NCBI GenBank assembly: GCA_033664045.1
Contig: GCA_033664045.1_3674.1
Reading direction: 5' to 3' (one strand)
From: a phage
DNA: 64,000 nucleotides
Shown here: in pieces, positions 46,188 to 55,161 of the stretch
Layout: each line of letters begins with the position of its first letter
Numbering within the stretch: position 1 is the stretch's first letter
Notes under the pieces: generated by a model
The model's database searches: none
Seen by the model: only the letters and a program-made list of their open reading frames with translations
Told to the model about the DNA's origin: nothing
Translations under genes and position numbers: made by a program

Positions 46188-46715
46188 TCACATCTCCTGG
46201 TTCAAACTGTTAAGAAAGGATACTCTGTCTTCGCTATTTTTCTCTGTGATATACCCTCCAAACATGGAAAGAATCACATGCTTCAAGTAATCTTTTTCTG
46301 GGTCGCTTAGATGATTGCGTGGCTTTATTTCCACATCATGGTAGTCATACAATCCACAATCATGATACCCCCAGTATCGACACACCTCAATACTGATCGG
46401 GAGTTTTTTGTCACACGAAACTTTCCAACGGGTTACGTTGTTACCAGGGGATAAATCCTCGCCCACCTTCACGAATGACAAATCGTAATTCATAAACTTT
46501 TCGTACAGTTTAAGTACAAAACCCTCGACCTGTGGAGAAACACCAGCCACTAGCTGGGCGTATCTATATTTACTTTCAATAATTTTTCGGCGCTTTGCTG
46601 TAAGGTTTATTGCAGCAATTTGACTCTCTGAGTATCTCCAAGGCTTGTATATAAATGCTTTCGGGTCTTTATCGCCATAAAAATCTTTCCAATCAACTAG
46701 CAGCATACCTGTCAC
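46188..46715 (-). CDS. hypothetical protein
   Basis: co-directional ORF. Confidence 0.5.
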   Translation of the reverse strand: MTGMLLVDWKDFYGDKDPKAFIYKPWRYSESQIAAINLTAKRRKIIESKYRYAQLVAGVSPQVEGFVLKLYEKFMNYDLSFVKVGEDLSPGNNVTRWKVSCDKKLPISIEVCRYWGYHDCGLYDYHDVEIKPRNHLSDPEKDYLKHVILSMFGGYITEKNSEDRVSFLNSLNQEM

Positions 46716-46945
46716 TCCTCCACAACTTCAAGGCCTTTTCCGCCTCGTTCTGGTAGATTACTTAAAGACAGGTAATACGTATAGTCAGGAGAGATCCTGC
46801 CAGACTCTGCACCTGCAGATAGTAAATCTTTTCCCTTAACCATGACAACATTATCGTTTGCAGATAGTCGTTTTGCTTCCACAATTTTACCAACGCAGTC
46901 AACCAAGGAAGGGTACCCTAAATCTGTAAGAAATTTAACTTTCAT
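46712..46945 (-). CDS. hypothetical small protein (family A paralog)
   Basis: MKVKFLTDLGY...GKDLLSAGA...LEVVEE. Confidence 0.55.
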   Translation of the reverse strand: MKVKFLTDLGYPSLVDCVGKIVEAKRLSANDNVVMVKGKDLLSAGAESGRISPDYTYYLSLSNLPERGGKGLEVVEE

Positions 46946-46984
46946 GCTACCTCCTACTTCTACCGTCCCTGGTAAGATAAATTA

Positions 46985-47383
46985 TTACTGAACAGAGCGC
47001 GGAGCTGGGAAGGATAACTCTTCTAAAGAGAAGATTTCATTCCCCACAATCCATGTTGCAGGATCATCTGGGTTTACTGGATAGATAATCATCACCTCGT
47101 CAGTGTTACATACCCGCTTTTTACCTGTGGAGTCATCAGCAACCAGCATGCGCGGTTCTTCAGAAATGCACAGGTAGCCTCCTCGGCCCACTGTTCCTTC
47201 CACAGGATCTTGTCCTTTGATCACGATGATTATCTTCTCTCCTGAGGCGATATTACCTTGCACACTCACCGTTTGACCAACCTTGGATGTGCCAATCTTA
47301 GTGACTTCGAACATTACATCCCGAATTACTGTTGCATAATCGCCAGACACTTTCTTACCTTCTTTAGTGATCTCAATCTTCAT
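46985..47383 (-). CDS. hypothetical protein
   Basis: MKIEITK N-terminus. Confidence 0.5.
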   Translation of the reverse strand: MKIEITKEGKKVSGDYATVIRDVMFEVTKIGTSKVGQTVSVQGNIASGEKIIIVIKGQDPVEGTVGRGGYLCISEEPRMLVADDSTGKKRVCNTDEVMIIYPVNPDDPATWIVGNEIFSLEELSFPAPRSVQ

Positions 47384-47646
47384 ACACTGGGCTCCTTAAA
47401 TGAATCTATGTAATCAATTAAATCCCAAGCATCCCTATGACCTGTCAGAGGGTATACTTCTCCAAGAGGGATCATAGCAATAAGTCTATCAAAAACCCAA
47501 TCTGGACGCAACATTTTATGGTGATATTCCCACTCACCTTCTACAGATTTTTTCTGAGTAATCAGGATCTCTGTGTAGTGTTTCGCCTGTCTTGAGTAAA
47601 TTGAAAATGACTTGTACATAAATGACCCCCTTGTTGAGAACAACAA
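47380..47646 (-). CDS. hypothetical protein
   Basis: overlapping junction. Confidence 0.45.
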   Translation of the reverse strand: MLFSTRGSFMYKSFSIYSRQAKHYTEILITQKKSVEGEWEYHHKMLRPDWVFDRLIAMIPLGEVYPLTGHRDAWDLIDYIDSFKEPSV

Positions 47647-47653
47647 TACACAA

Positions 47654-47968
47654 CTACCAAGTTACTGTCAAGTAGGCAACAGTGTTATTTTTCTCTGGAG
47701 AGATGCCAACAACATCTACCTGCAGACCTCCTGCCCTCAAATCCCCAACAATATGCGGGAAGTAATCTGAGAGATGCGAGGGTAGATTTATCGAAAATCC
47801 GCATCCCAGAAAGCCTGCTAACGCTTTATTTTGTATCTCCCCTACAATCGCATCATAAATGGAGTTAAGCTCGTCAGGGAGCGTTACAGGACGTTTTAGC
47901 GCTAACTGGTGTAATTTGTCCTTAGCACTCATTTTCATTTCAGGTCTACCTCTGGGGGTGCCAACCAC
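47654..47968 (-). CDS. hypothetical protein
   Basis: co-directional ORF. Confidence 0.45.
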   Translation of the reverse strand: MVGTPRGRPEMKMSAKDKLHQLALKRPVTLPDELNSIYDAIVGEIQNKALAGFLGCGFSINLPSHLSDYFPHIVGDLRAGGLQVDVVGISPEKNNTVAYLTVTW

Positions 47969-48468
47969 ATAAACGGCGGCAAGTCTAAACGGTTTTTCTT
48001 ATCCCACACAAAATATGCATATGCTTGCCCGTCAGTTCTGCCATTTGATTGAAATGATGGACGCTTAGATATTGTGATCACAGTGGTAGGTGCATTATCA
48101 AGCCACCATTCAAATCTGGCTTTGCTTTCCAGAAAATTAAGACGCAAAAGCATAATAACTACGTCAGCATCTTTCAACGCCTTGTCTACGAACTCACGAG
48201 CCAGACTGTACGGTGGGTTGGTGATAATACAGTCAACATGGTTGTATTCTGTATTCAGATAGTCAACACCTTCTTGGATTTCTCCCCATGCAGATCCTAA
48301 CGGCATACGGGAGTAGAACACACCTGAGGCACTATTCCTGCAAGGCTCTAAGTAGGTCCAGTCCTCTGGGAACGGAATAAGGTCATACAGCCCTTCTGCA
48401 CACCACTCCGGTGTCACATACTCATCGTATGCGTTACGTTGTTCATCAGGTTTTCTAGCACAAGTCAT
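47935..48468 (-). CDS. DNA N6-adenine methyltransferase (small phage Dam-like)
   Basis: catalytic motif IITNPPYSLA (NPPY) in a 177-aa protein. Confidence 0.65.
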   Translation of the reverse strand: MTCARKPDEQRNAYDEYVTPEWCAEGLYDLIPFPEDWTYLEPCRNSASGVFYSRMPLGSAWGEIQEGVDYLNTEYNHVDCIITNPPYSLAREFVDKALKDADVVIMLLRLNFLESKARFEWWLDNAPTTVITISKRPSFQSNGRTDGQAYAYFVWDKKNRLDLPPFMWLAPPEVDLK

Positions 48469-48519
48469 GCAAATCTCCAGATCATAAAAGCCCTCCGAAG
48501 AGGGCTTTAGAATTAATGT

Positions 48520-49569
48520 TTAAGCTTCTTCGACAATTCCTGCACCCAGGATTTTTTCATTGAGCTCTTTTGCTGTTTTAATGATATTGTCCATCAGACG
48601 CTTGCGGGTCTTATCTTTCACCTTAATCTCTTCACCGCCGTTCAGAGTAGTCTTCAATTGAGACAGAATATCCTGAAGTTCGACGACAGAGAATCGCTGC
48701 AGATCTTCTGAAGTAATTTCACCCAAGGCGATCCGGACGGTCTCGCCACTTTCCATCTGCAGATTCAGGAACACAGTGTGAACATCGCCTTTCGTACCAT
48801 TTGCTTTTGCAGACTCAACAGCATGAACCAGCTCGTCCAGAGATGTGCATTGGTGAATCTCTGGCAGGCCTGCTTCGCCTAGCACACCTTCTTCATCACT
48901 TTTTGCCAAAAGCTTTTTCGGTTTCTGTCCATTCTGAATGCGCTGAATGTTTTCATCGTCCAGAATGATAGCACCAGTTCTAGATGCCAGCTCTTCTCCA
49001 TCTAACCACACTTCACCGCCAGCTGTAATGGATGCGATCTCATCTTCTGTTAGCACCCCACCGTAGTATTTTTCAATCAGGCGTTCAAAACGTTTCTTCC
49101 AGTAGTTGATCTGAGTATTCATGTTCACACCGTTACCATAGGTGCCACCTTGATAGTAGTGGAACATAAACTCTGTGTCCGGAGCCACAGTGCGTTCTTT
49201 GCAACCCAGCCATAGGATTGTTCCAGCAGAGCAGCACATACCTTCAGCATGTGCAACAACGCTTGCCTGAGACTCGCGGAATGCCTGCAGATAAGCCATT
49301 GCAATGTGCACGCAACCACCAGGACTATTGATGATCACCCGAATGCTTTCTTCAGGCTGAGCCATACGGATCGTCTGCAGACGAGACATATGATCTTGTA
49401 AGTCTTCCAGATCGTCGATATAAAGAACGTGGTCAACAACAGGTGTTGGGTAGCTGTATGTCTCCATAATACCACCCGGCATACCAAACATTTTATTACT
49501 CATAGGTTCAAAACCGTTCTGTTTTTCTTTCATACCGTGTACCATGGTGCTGCGAGGTGTTAAATTCAT
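48520..49569 (-). CDS. ClpP-family (S14) serine peptidase-like protein with C-terminal extension
   Basis: INSPGGCVHIAMAYLQAF...AEGMCCSAGTILWLG...FMFHYYQGG collinear with ClpP NSPGG / GxAASMG / HQP segments; about 150 extra C-terminal residues. Confidence 0.7.
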   Translation of the reverse strand: MNLTPRSTMVHGMKEKQNGFEPMSNKMFGMPGGIMETYSYPTPVVDHVLYIDDLEDLQDHMSRLQTIRMAQPEESIRVIINSPGGCVHIAMAYLQAFRESQASVVAHAEGMCCSAGTILWLGCKERTVAPDTEFMFHYYQGGTYGNGVNMNTQINYWKKRFERLIEKYYGGVLTEDEIASITAGGEVWLDGEELASRTGAIILDDENIQRIQNGQKPKKLLAKSDEEGVLGEAGLPEIHQCTSLDELVHAVESAKANGTKGDVHTVFLNLQMESGETVRIALGEITSEDLQRFSVVELQDILSQLKTTLNGGEEIKVKDKTRKRLMDNIIKTAKELNEKILGAGIVEEA

Positions 49570-49628
49570 GAGAAATCCTTAATATTGGAAGTTGAAAGCT
49601 ATTTATTAAACCTGATTCACATTTACCT

Positions 49629-49940
49629 TTATTTAGCAATCACTATAGAATACTTACGATTGTCAGAAGCATCACAGCTCAAGGATTGCCAGTCTACCAC
49701 ATACCACGTATCATTGTCAACAATTACTTTATCGCCTGTTCTGTAGCAGGTGCTGCTTTCAATAATCCGAGACTCGATAAAGAATCTGTGTCGGCGCTCA
49801 CGTAGCAACGCTAAGTTGATTATATTACCACCACTGTCCTTGATCCACACATTCTTGGATCCTTTATTTGCCAAAATTGTCTCTCCGTTATAGACAAACA
49901 GGCAGTATATTTTATTCAGTCTCTCTTGTATTGTAGCCAT
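49629..49940 (-). CDS. hypothetical protein
   Basis: ORF downstream of minus-strand promoter. Confidence 0.5.
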   Translation of the reverse strand: MATIQERLNKIYCLFVYNGETILANKGSKNVWIKDSGGNIINLALLRERRHRFFIESRIIESSTCYRTGDKVIVDNDTWYVVDWQSLSCDASDNRKYSIVIAK

Positions 49941-49970
49941 ACTATCTCCTTCTACTTGTCTTGTCCGATA

Positions 49971-49999
49971 ATAATATCTAAAGCTTACCTGTTTGTCAA
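49971..49999 (-). promoter_or_regulatory. sigma70-like promoter (minus strand) TTGACA-N17-TATTAT
   Basis: minus-strand reading: TTGACAaacaggtaagctttagaTATTAT. Confidence 0.5.
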
Positions 50000-50043
50000 C
50001 AACTGTTTTAGATATTTAAGGGTGGAATAACCACCCTTCTGTA

Positions 50044-50832
50044 TTACTCGGAAACAGGGGTCCAAATATGATTTGCACGATCCTCGATAAGATTGAGTGC
50101 AATCTGACGACCCAACCCGGAACGAACGACATCATCTGGACTATCAAAGCTGATCATTCCAACCTCAGGATCTGGATGGCGAGTAAAGAAATCCGTCACC
50201 CATGCAAGGCCAGATTTACCAGGGATGTCACGTTGGCTATTATCGCCCATAATTACAAGGGTGGCCTGATCAGAGATCCTTGTGATAATTGACAACATTT
50301 CTTCAGGGTTAGTTTGCTGTGCCTCGTCAATCAGGACAAAGCATCGCTCATCGAAACTACGACCACGAATGCTTTCAACTTCACAAATCTCGATACGGCT
50401 GTTCTGACCGTCTCCCAGCATTGCGGCAAAAGCACCTTTGCCAACACGACGACAAATAGTGTCCATCATACTACGAAGGTAAGGCCAAAGCTTCTGCATT
50501 GACGTTCCCGGTTTGTATCCGCTTGATTTTCCGGTCTGTACATAAGGACGTGCAACAATGATCTTATCAATCTCGTTCTTACGCAGAAGATCACCTGCAT
50601 ATGCAGATGCCATGAACGTCTTACCAGACCCAAACACACCGTTTACAATAATAATCTTACGTGACCCTAGATAATCAAGATACTTTTGCTGCTTCTTATT
50701 CATTGGTCGGAGAGCTGGAGCGGTGTGCTCTCGTTCGTCAGCAAATTTCTCAGCAGCCTTGCGCAAGCGATCAGATTTGCGAGCCTCTCTAGCTTCATCA
50801 CGCATGCGTTTTGTTTCTTTAGCTCGACCCAT
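50044..50832 (-). CDS. phoH: PhoH-like ATPase
   Basis: Walker A GVFGSGKTF, Walker B FVLIDEAQ, PhoH signature IMGDNSQRD. Confidence 0.85.
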   Translation of the reverse strand: MGRAKETKRMRDEAREARKSDRLRKAAEKFADEREHTAPALRPMNKKQQKYLDYLGSRKIIIVNGVFGSGKTFMASAYAGDLLRKNEIDKIIVARPYVQTGKSSGYKPGTSMQKLWPYLRSMMDTICRRVGKGAFAAMLGDGQNSRIEICEVESIRGRSFDERCFVLIDEAQQTNPEEMLSIITRISDQATLVIMGDNSQRDIPGKSGLAWVTDFFTRHPDPEVGMISFDSPDDVVRSGLGRQIALNLIEDRANHIWTPVSE

Positions 50833-50870
50833 GTTGGGACTCCTTTCAGATTGAGATGTGCCAAGTACTT

Positions 50871-51221
50871 TTACTGCAACAGTTTTTCAATAGCCGCTTC
50901 CATGCTGCTTGCAACAGCCTGAACTCGGATATTCATCTCTTCTTGGTGGATCAGCTCCTTAAGCTCTTTAATGGTAAATTCTTTAGAGAAACCTTCCACC
51001 ATAATCTTGTGTAAGGCTTCTTGCGTATCTACTTGCAAGAACTTTTCCAGTTTGTCGGCAGAGGCTTCTAAATCAGCCCGAATACGAGGGTCATCTGTGC
51101 GATTCAGCATTAGACGTAAGCCATCAAGATTAGTAGAAATAGCGTCTGCATGTTGAGTAACTAACCGTGGCAAAATGAGATCTACAAACTTATTAGCCAA
51201 ATCGATACGTTCTTGTGTCAC
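50871..51221 (-). CDS. hypothetical protein
   Basis: GTG start overlapping upstream stop (GTGA). Confidence 0.5.
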   Translation of the reverse strand: MTQERIDLANKFVDLILPRLVTQHADAISTNLDGLRLMLNRTDDPRIRADLEASADKLEKFLQVDTQEALHKIMVEGFSKEFTIKELKELIHQEEMNIRVQAVASSMEAAIEKLLQ

Positions 51222-51331
51222 TGCTGCACCCCCTCTTCATCCTCATGATGTTTCTTTTCACGCTTGTGTTTTTTCTTAAGCTCAAGCGCAATCTCTTTTT
51301 TGTACGCCTTCTTCAAGGCTTTTTTAGCCAT
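51218..51331 (-). CDS. hypothetical small lysine-rich protein (37 aa)
   Basis: not in track; RBS GGAGGTG; minus-strand promoter TTGACA-N18-TATAAT near 51363-51392. Confidence 0.4.
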   Translation of the reverse strand: MAKKALKKAYKKEIALELKKKHKREKKHHEDEEGVQQ

Positions 51332-51395
51332 TTGGCACCTCCTCTGCTTTCATTTTACGATAATTATACCTATCTAAACAAAGCTTTGTCAACAA

Positions 51396-51869
51396 CTAGT
51401 CTACCTGGACCCAACCGCCTGCTACTTTTTTAAACATTCTTTGGTTATCGCTACCTCGGAACGGTTTCTTGGTTGGTAAGTCTTTTACATACTTACCGTC
51501 AATGATGATATCAGCCAGTTTAAGAACATCACTAGAGATATGGTCAAATGTGAACCCAGTATATACAAGAATAGTTTTCTTGTCACCAAATTTTTCCTTA
51601 ATTTTCTCCATCAGACTAATAATATCTGGCTCATTATAGTATGCTAAGGGTTCTCCACCCAGCAGAGAGATACCGCACACAGACGGGTTATCTAAATCTG
51701 ACAAGATTTTTTGCAAGTCTTCTTCAGTAAACTCTCTCCCCTTATCTTTTGACCAAAATGCCTGATTAAAGCAACCAGGGCAAGCGTGTGGGCACCCAGA
51801 TACCCATAAGGCAGTTCTAATACCTGGCCCTTCGGTGTAAGATATTTCTGTGTATCCGGCAATGTTCAT
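51396..51869 (-). CDS. nrdG: anaerobic ribonucleotide reductase activating protein
   Basis: radical-SAM CX3CX2C motif GCPHACPGCFN; adjacent to nrdD. Confidence 0.85.
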   Translation of the reverse strand: MNIAGYTEISYTEGPGIRTALWVSGCPHACPGCFNQAFWSKDKGREFTEEDLQKILSDLDNPSVCGISLLGGEPLAYYNEPDIISLMEKIKEKFGDKKTILVYTGFTFDHISSDVLKLADIIIDGKYVKDLPTKKPFRGSDNQRMFKKVAGGWVQVD

Positions 51870-51982
51870 AGATACTCCGCATCACATTTAGGGCAATGCC
51901 AAATAAAATCGTCCAGTGCCTTGCACCAACGAAGATTACAATGACAACCGCACTTGCAGATTTTATAGATACCCGATGACAT
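51866..51982 (-). CDS. hypothetical Cys-rich zinc-ribbon micro-protein (38 aa)
   Basis: not in track; RBS AGGAGGT; CKCGCHC...WHCPKC; stop overlaps nrdG start (ATGA). Confidence 0.45.
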   Translation of the reverse strand: MSSGIYKICKCGCHCNLRWCKALDDFIWHCPKCDAEYL

Positions 51983-52034
51983 ACTGCACCTCCTTAGTTA
52001 ATAGCATATTTAAGATATGCATATCTTTCTACGA

Positions 52035-52967
52035 TCATTTACCACAAATCTTCTTGTATACCTCTTCTACCGTGTCAAACACTTCAGGCCTGTAGTAGAA
52101 AAACTCAGTGCTACCGTCAAATTTTACAGGAAAGTTTATTTTATACTTGCTGAAGGCCTTATGCACAGATTTTTCTAAATCTACCATGTTTTGAGTTGAT
52201 CCGCTCCATGTTTTTACTACGTGAAGAGTGTGGACACCTGCGCCAGATTTACGAGCACTGTTAAGCACCTCATTTTTCCTCCTGTGCATTTTAACGCATA
52301 CACCGATTTTCATAAGTGTTGGCACTTCTAAGTCATCAACCATAATGTAGAGTTTACCGTACTCATGAGATAAGAATCCATTTTGTGCGCATTTACAGCA
52401 GCCACGACCACTTTTTAGGTTATTAGGTTTAGCAGACCACTTATACCCACAAATTTTGCACCTACATTGCACTTTTGTGTTATCATTGGCAATTTCCTCT
52501 AATATTTCTATATCTGGGTTGGCTTTGTGGATAATTGCAGCATGCTCCTTATGGGTTAACGCTTGACTTTGCCCACGTCTTAAGTCATAGCACTCTGGGC
52601 AGCCGTTTCTTTGGTATAAGTGGTTTTCAGGGTATTGTTCAAACACACCGTGTTCAGGGCAAACAATTTTTACAGGCGTTCTCATGTTCACATATTTGAC
52701 TAATGAGTAATCGTACTTGTCCCCATGAACAGCCATAGCCTCTTTTATGAACTCTTCAGTGTTCTTTTTCGCTGACCCACCACACCTTGGACAACCATGC
52801 TTCTTGAAAGCATGTGCCACAGGGGTTTGCCAGAACTCACCGTGCTCAGGACAAATTATGCACACAGGTGTCTTGTTGTTTTTATACTCCACTTTGAAGT
52901 AATCATATTTGTCACCATGTATAGTCTGAGCTTTTTCTATAAACTCTTCGGTTGTTAGTCTCCTCAT
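52035..52967 (-). CDS. putative homing endonuclease (T5orf172 / GIY-YIG-like C-terminal domain)
   Basis: three repeated modules HGDKYDY...V.I.CPEHG.F.Q.P..H...GCP.C, then KLYIMVDD...LMKIGVC...RRKNEV. Confidence 0.55.
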   Translation of the reverse strand: MRRLTTEEFIEKAQTIHGDKYDYFKVEYKNNKTPVCIICPEHGEFWQTPVAHAFKKHGCPRCGGSAKKNTEEFIKEAMAVHGDKYDYSLVKYVNMRTPVKIVCPEHGVFEQYPENHLYQRNGCPECYDLRRGQSQALTHKEHAAIIHKANPDIEILEEIANDNTKVQCRCKICGYKWSAKPNNLKSGRGCCKCAQNGFLSHEYGKLYIMVDDLEVPTLMKIGVCVKMHRRKNEVLNSARKSGAGVHTLHVVKTWSGSTQNMVDLEKSVHKAFSKYKINFPVKFDGSTEFFYYRPEVFDTVEEVYKKICGK

Positions 52968-53076
52968 TACCAGACCAGACCCTTCCGCTATTCACTTTAT
53001 ATTGCATACTATAGAAAAGAGGAATAGAAGTCAATAAAAACAAAAATGAGAGCATCCTTGCTCTCAATCTCTTTCC

Positions 53077-54366
53077 TTATTTACTCAACGGACAACAGTC
53101 TACATTCCCAACATGTTTAACACGTTCGATAACCTCTGCTTGTTTACCTGTGTTATACGGTCTACTGTTCGGGCTGGAGAGATAGCCAGACACTCTTCGG
53201 ATCACTGAGATATATTGTTCATCGTGGCATCCACACGCAGGGCAGCAGAACCCTTTAGCTGTTGCACTGAACTCACCAGAGAAACCACACTTAAGACATT
53301 TATCCACAGGTTGGTTAATACCAAAATACATAATGTGTTTATACCCGAAATCGACAAGGGCTTCCAAAGCATCCAAGTTGTTTTTCAGGTTAGGTGTTTC
53401 TATGTATCCAATGTTGCCGCCAGAAGAGATCATAGCAAAACCTTCCTCATACTTCCACTTATCAAAAGGCGAGCTGTTGATCCATACTGGCTGATGGAAA
53501 CTGTTGGTGAGGTATTCATGCTCGTGCTTCAACACTTCTGGGTATTCACGATCCAGACAGGTTGCAGCTTTATAGCATAAACTCTCAGAAGGTGTGCCGT
53601 ACAAGCTAAATGCTAGTCCACTTTCCTTCTTATATCGATCACAAGCATCTTTCATATGCTGAAGGATTCCAAGAGCTAAAGCCTTGTCACCCTCTCTGCC
53701 CAAAATTTGGCAGGTTTCATACACACCAATATACCCAATACTGATGGAAGCGTACCCGTCATAGAAGAGTTTATCGATACTCTCTTCAGGATCCAGGCGA
53801 GCAAGAGCTCCTTCACACCACATGATAGGGTTCTGCCCAGCCTTGGTGCCTTTCAAACGATTAACTCTTACAAGGTGAGCCTCATATGCCAAATCCAAGT
53901 ATTCGTCAAGAACGGCAAAGAAATCAACACCTTCCGTCTTAGCTTTTGCCGCAATCATTGGCAGGTTAAGACTAACAACCCCCAAGTTGAATCTGCCGAG
54001 GTATTTCTCCTCACCTGTTTCCAAGTCATTGTATTTGCTAAGAAAACTCCGGCAACCCATGCTCGTTACTTTGCCATCTGTAGAGCCTGTCACTTTACGA
54101 TTTAGTGGAACAGAAACAAAGTCAGGATAAATCCGCTCTGCAGAGCATTCCAGAGCTAATCGTTTCAAATCATAGTTAGGATCTCCAGGGTTCATGTTGA
54201 CACCTTCTTCTAGGAAGAACAGCACTTTAGGGAACACAGGTGTGATACGTTCTTCACCAAGACCCATTTTGTGGACTTTCAAGTAGTTTTTGGTAATCAT
54301 TCTACCAAATACTGAGGTGTCCAGACCTAAACTTAATGTGATGAATGGAGTCTGCTGTCTCCTCCC
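53077..54366 (-). CDS. nrdD: anaerobic ribonucleoside-triphosphate reductase, 3' exon (glycyl-radical half)
   Basis: QQTPFITLSLGLDTS...GDPNYDL collinear with E. coli NrdD QVPFSSINYGT...GDPNYDL; Zn ribbon CLKCG...CPACGC; glycyl-radical motif RRVSGY. Confidence 0.85.
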   Translation of the reverse strand, partial: GRRQQTPFITLSLGLDTSVFGRMITKNYLKVHKMGLGEERITPVFPKVLFFLEEGVNMNPGDPNYDLKRLALECSAERIYPDFVSVPLNRKVTGSTDGKVTSMGCRSFLSKYNDLETGEEKYLGRFNLGVVSLNLPMIAAKAKTEGVDFFAVLDEYLDLAYEAHLVRVNRLKGTKAGQNPIMWCEGALARLDPEESIDKLFYDGYASISIGYIGVYETCQILGREGDKALALGILQHMKDACDRYKKESGLAFSLYGTPSESLCYKAATCLDREYPEVLKHEHEYLTNSFHQPVWINSSPFDKWKYEEGFAMISSGGNIGYIETPNLKNNLDALEALVDFGYKHIMYFGINQPVDKCLKCGFSGEFSATAKGFCCPACGCHDEQYISVIRRVSGYLSSPNSRPYNTGKQAEVIERVKHVGNVDCCPLSK

Positions 54367-55161
54367 CTGTGTTTCCACAGGGCCAGACTATCTCTTACTC
54401 TACTTCAATAAGATAATAACCCTTTATTGTGAGATGCTTACCTTCGGCATTTCCTTCGATAGCCCTATGAACGTTACCTACGTTCAAATTTAAGGCTTTT
54501 GCACAGGCATAGAGTGAAGGATATTCACCCACCAAGGTTTTCCCTTTGTATGCCTGCACTTTCCTATAGCACTTGCCTGGGCAAAGCCCTGTTCGGAAAG
54601 CATGTCTCTTATTATCTTCCGGCAAAACCCACTCTAGGTTAGACGGATGATCATTCAATGTATTGCCGTCTTTATGATTCACTTCCCAGTTTTCAGGGTC
54701 TTCTGGGACATCTGGCAAACAATACAAGGCAACAATCCTTGAGGTTTGGATTCGAATCTTTTTACCTTTGTGGTTGAAAGAGTACATATAACGGCGTTTA
54801 ACATGCTTGTTACCTTTTCCATAACCTCCCCACAATATTGGGTGTAGCATTCCACGTTTTCCGTATACGTTTCCAACCTCATCAATCACATAGTTTGATT
54901 CTTCACCATTAAGAATGATCTTTTTCATAGAGCCTCTCCATTTCGAAGTTAGTATTTCAACTAACCCCTACACTACTTGGTTCAGAAATGTTTGTCAAGC
55001 ATCTCTGCCTTTCGTTAGTCGTTACAACCGTTCCAACTCCTGTAAGAACTAGTCACGGGATTGGCATAGCTTTCGCCTTAGCGTTCCCCGTTAGCCGGAT
55101 TTACCGACCCCTCTTATGAGGTTAGGAGAGTTTTACAACGGCCAGTTTGTTAACCGTTGAC
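54367..55161 (-). mobile_element. putative group I self-splicing intron interrupting nrdD
   Basis: splits a collinear NrdD reading frame; 5' exon ends in U, proposed intron ends in G; P7-like GACUA ... UAGUC segments; carries HNH ORF. Confidence 0.6.
54395..54928 (-). CDS. HNH homing endonuclease (intron-encoded)
   Basis: HNH core EVNHKDGNTLNDHPSNLEWVLPEDNKRHA. Confidence 0.8.
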   Translation of the reverse strand: MKKIILNGEESNYVIDEVGNVYGKRGMLHPILWGGYGKGNKHVKRRYMYSFNHKGKKIRIQTSRIVALYCLPDVPEDPENWEVNHKDGNTLNDHPSNLEWVLPEDNKRHAFRTGLCPGKCYRKVQAYKGKTLVGEYPSLYACAKALNLNVGNVHRAIEGNAEGKHLTIKGYYLIEVE

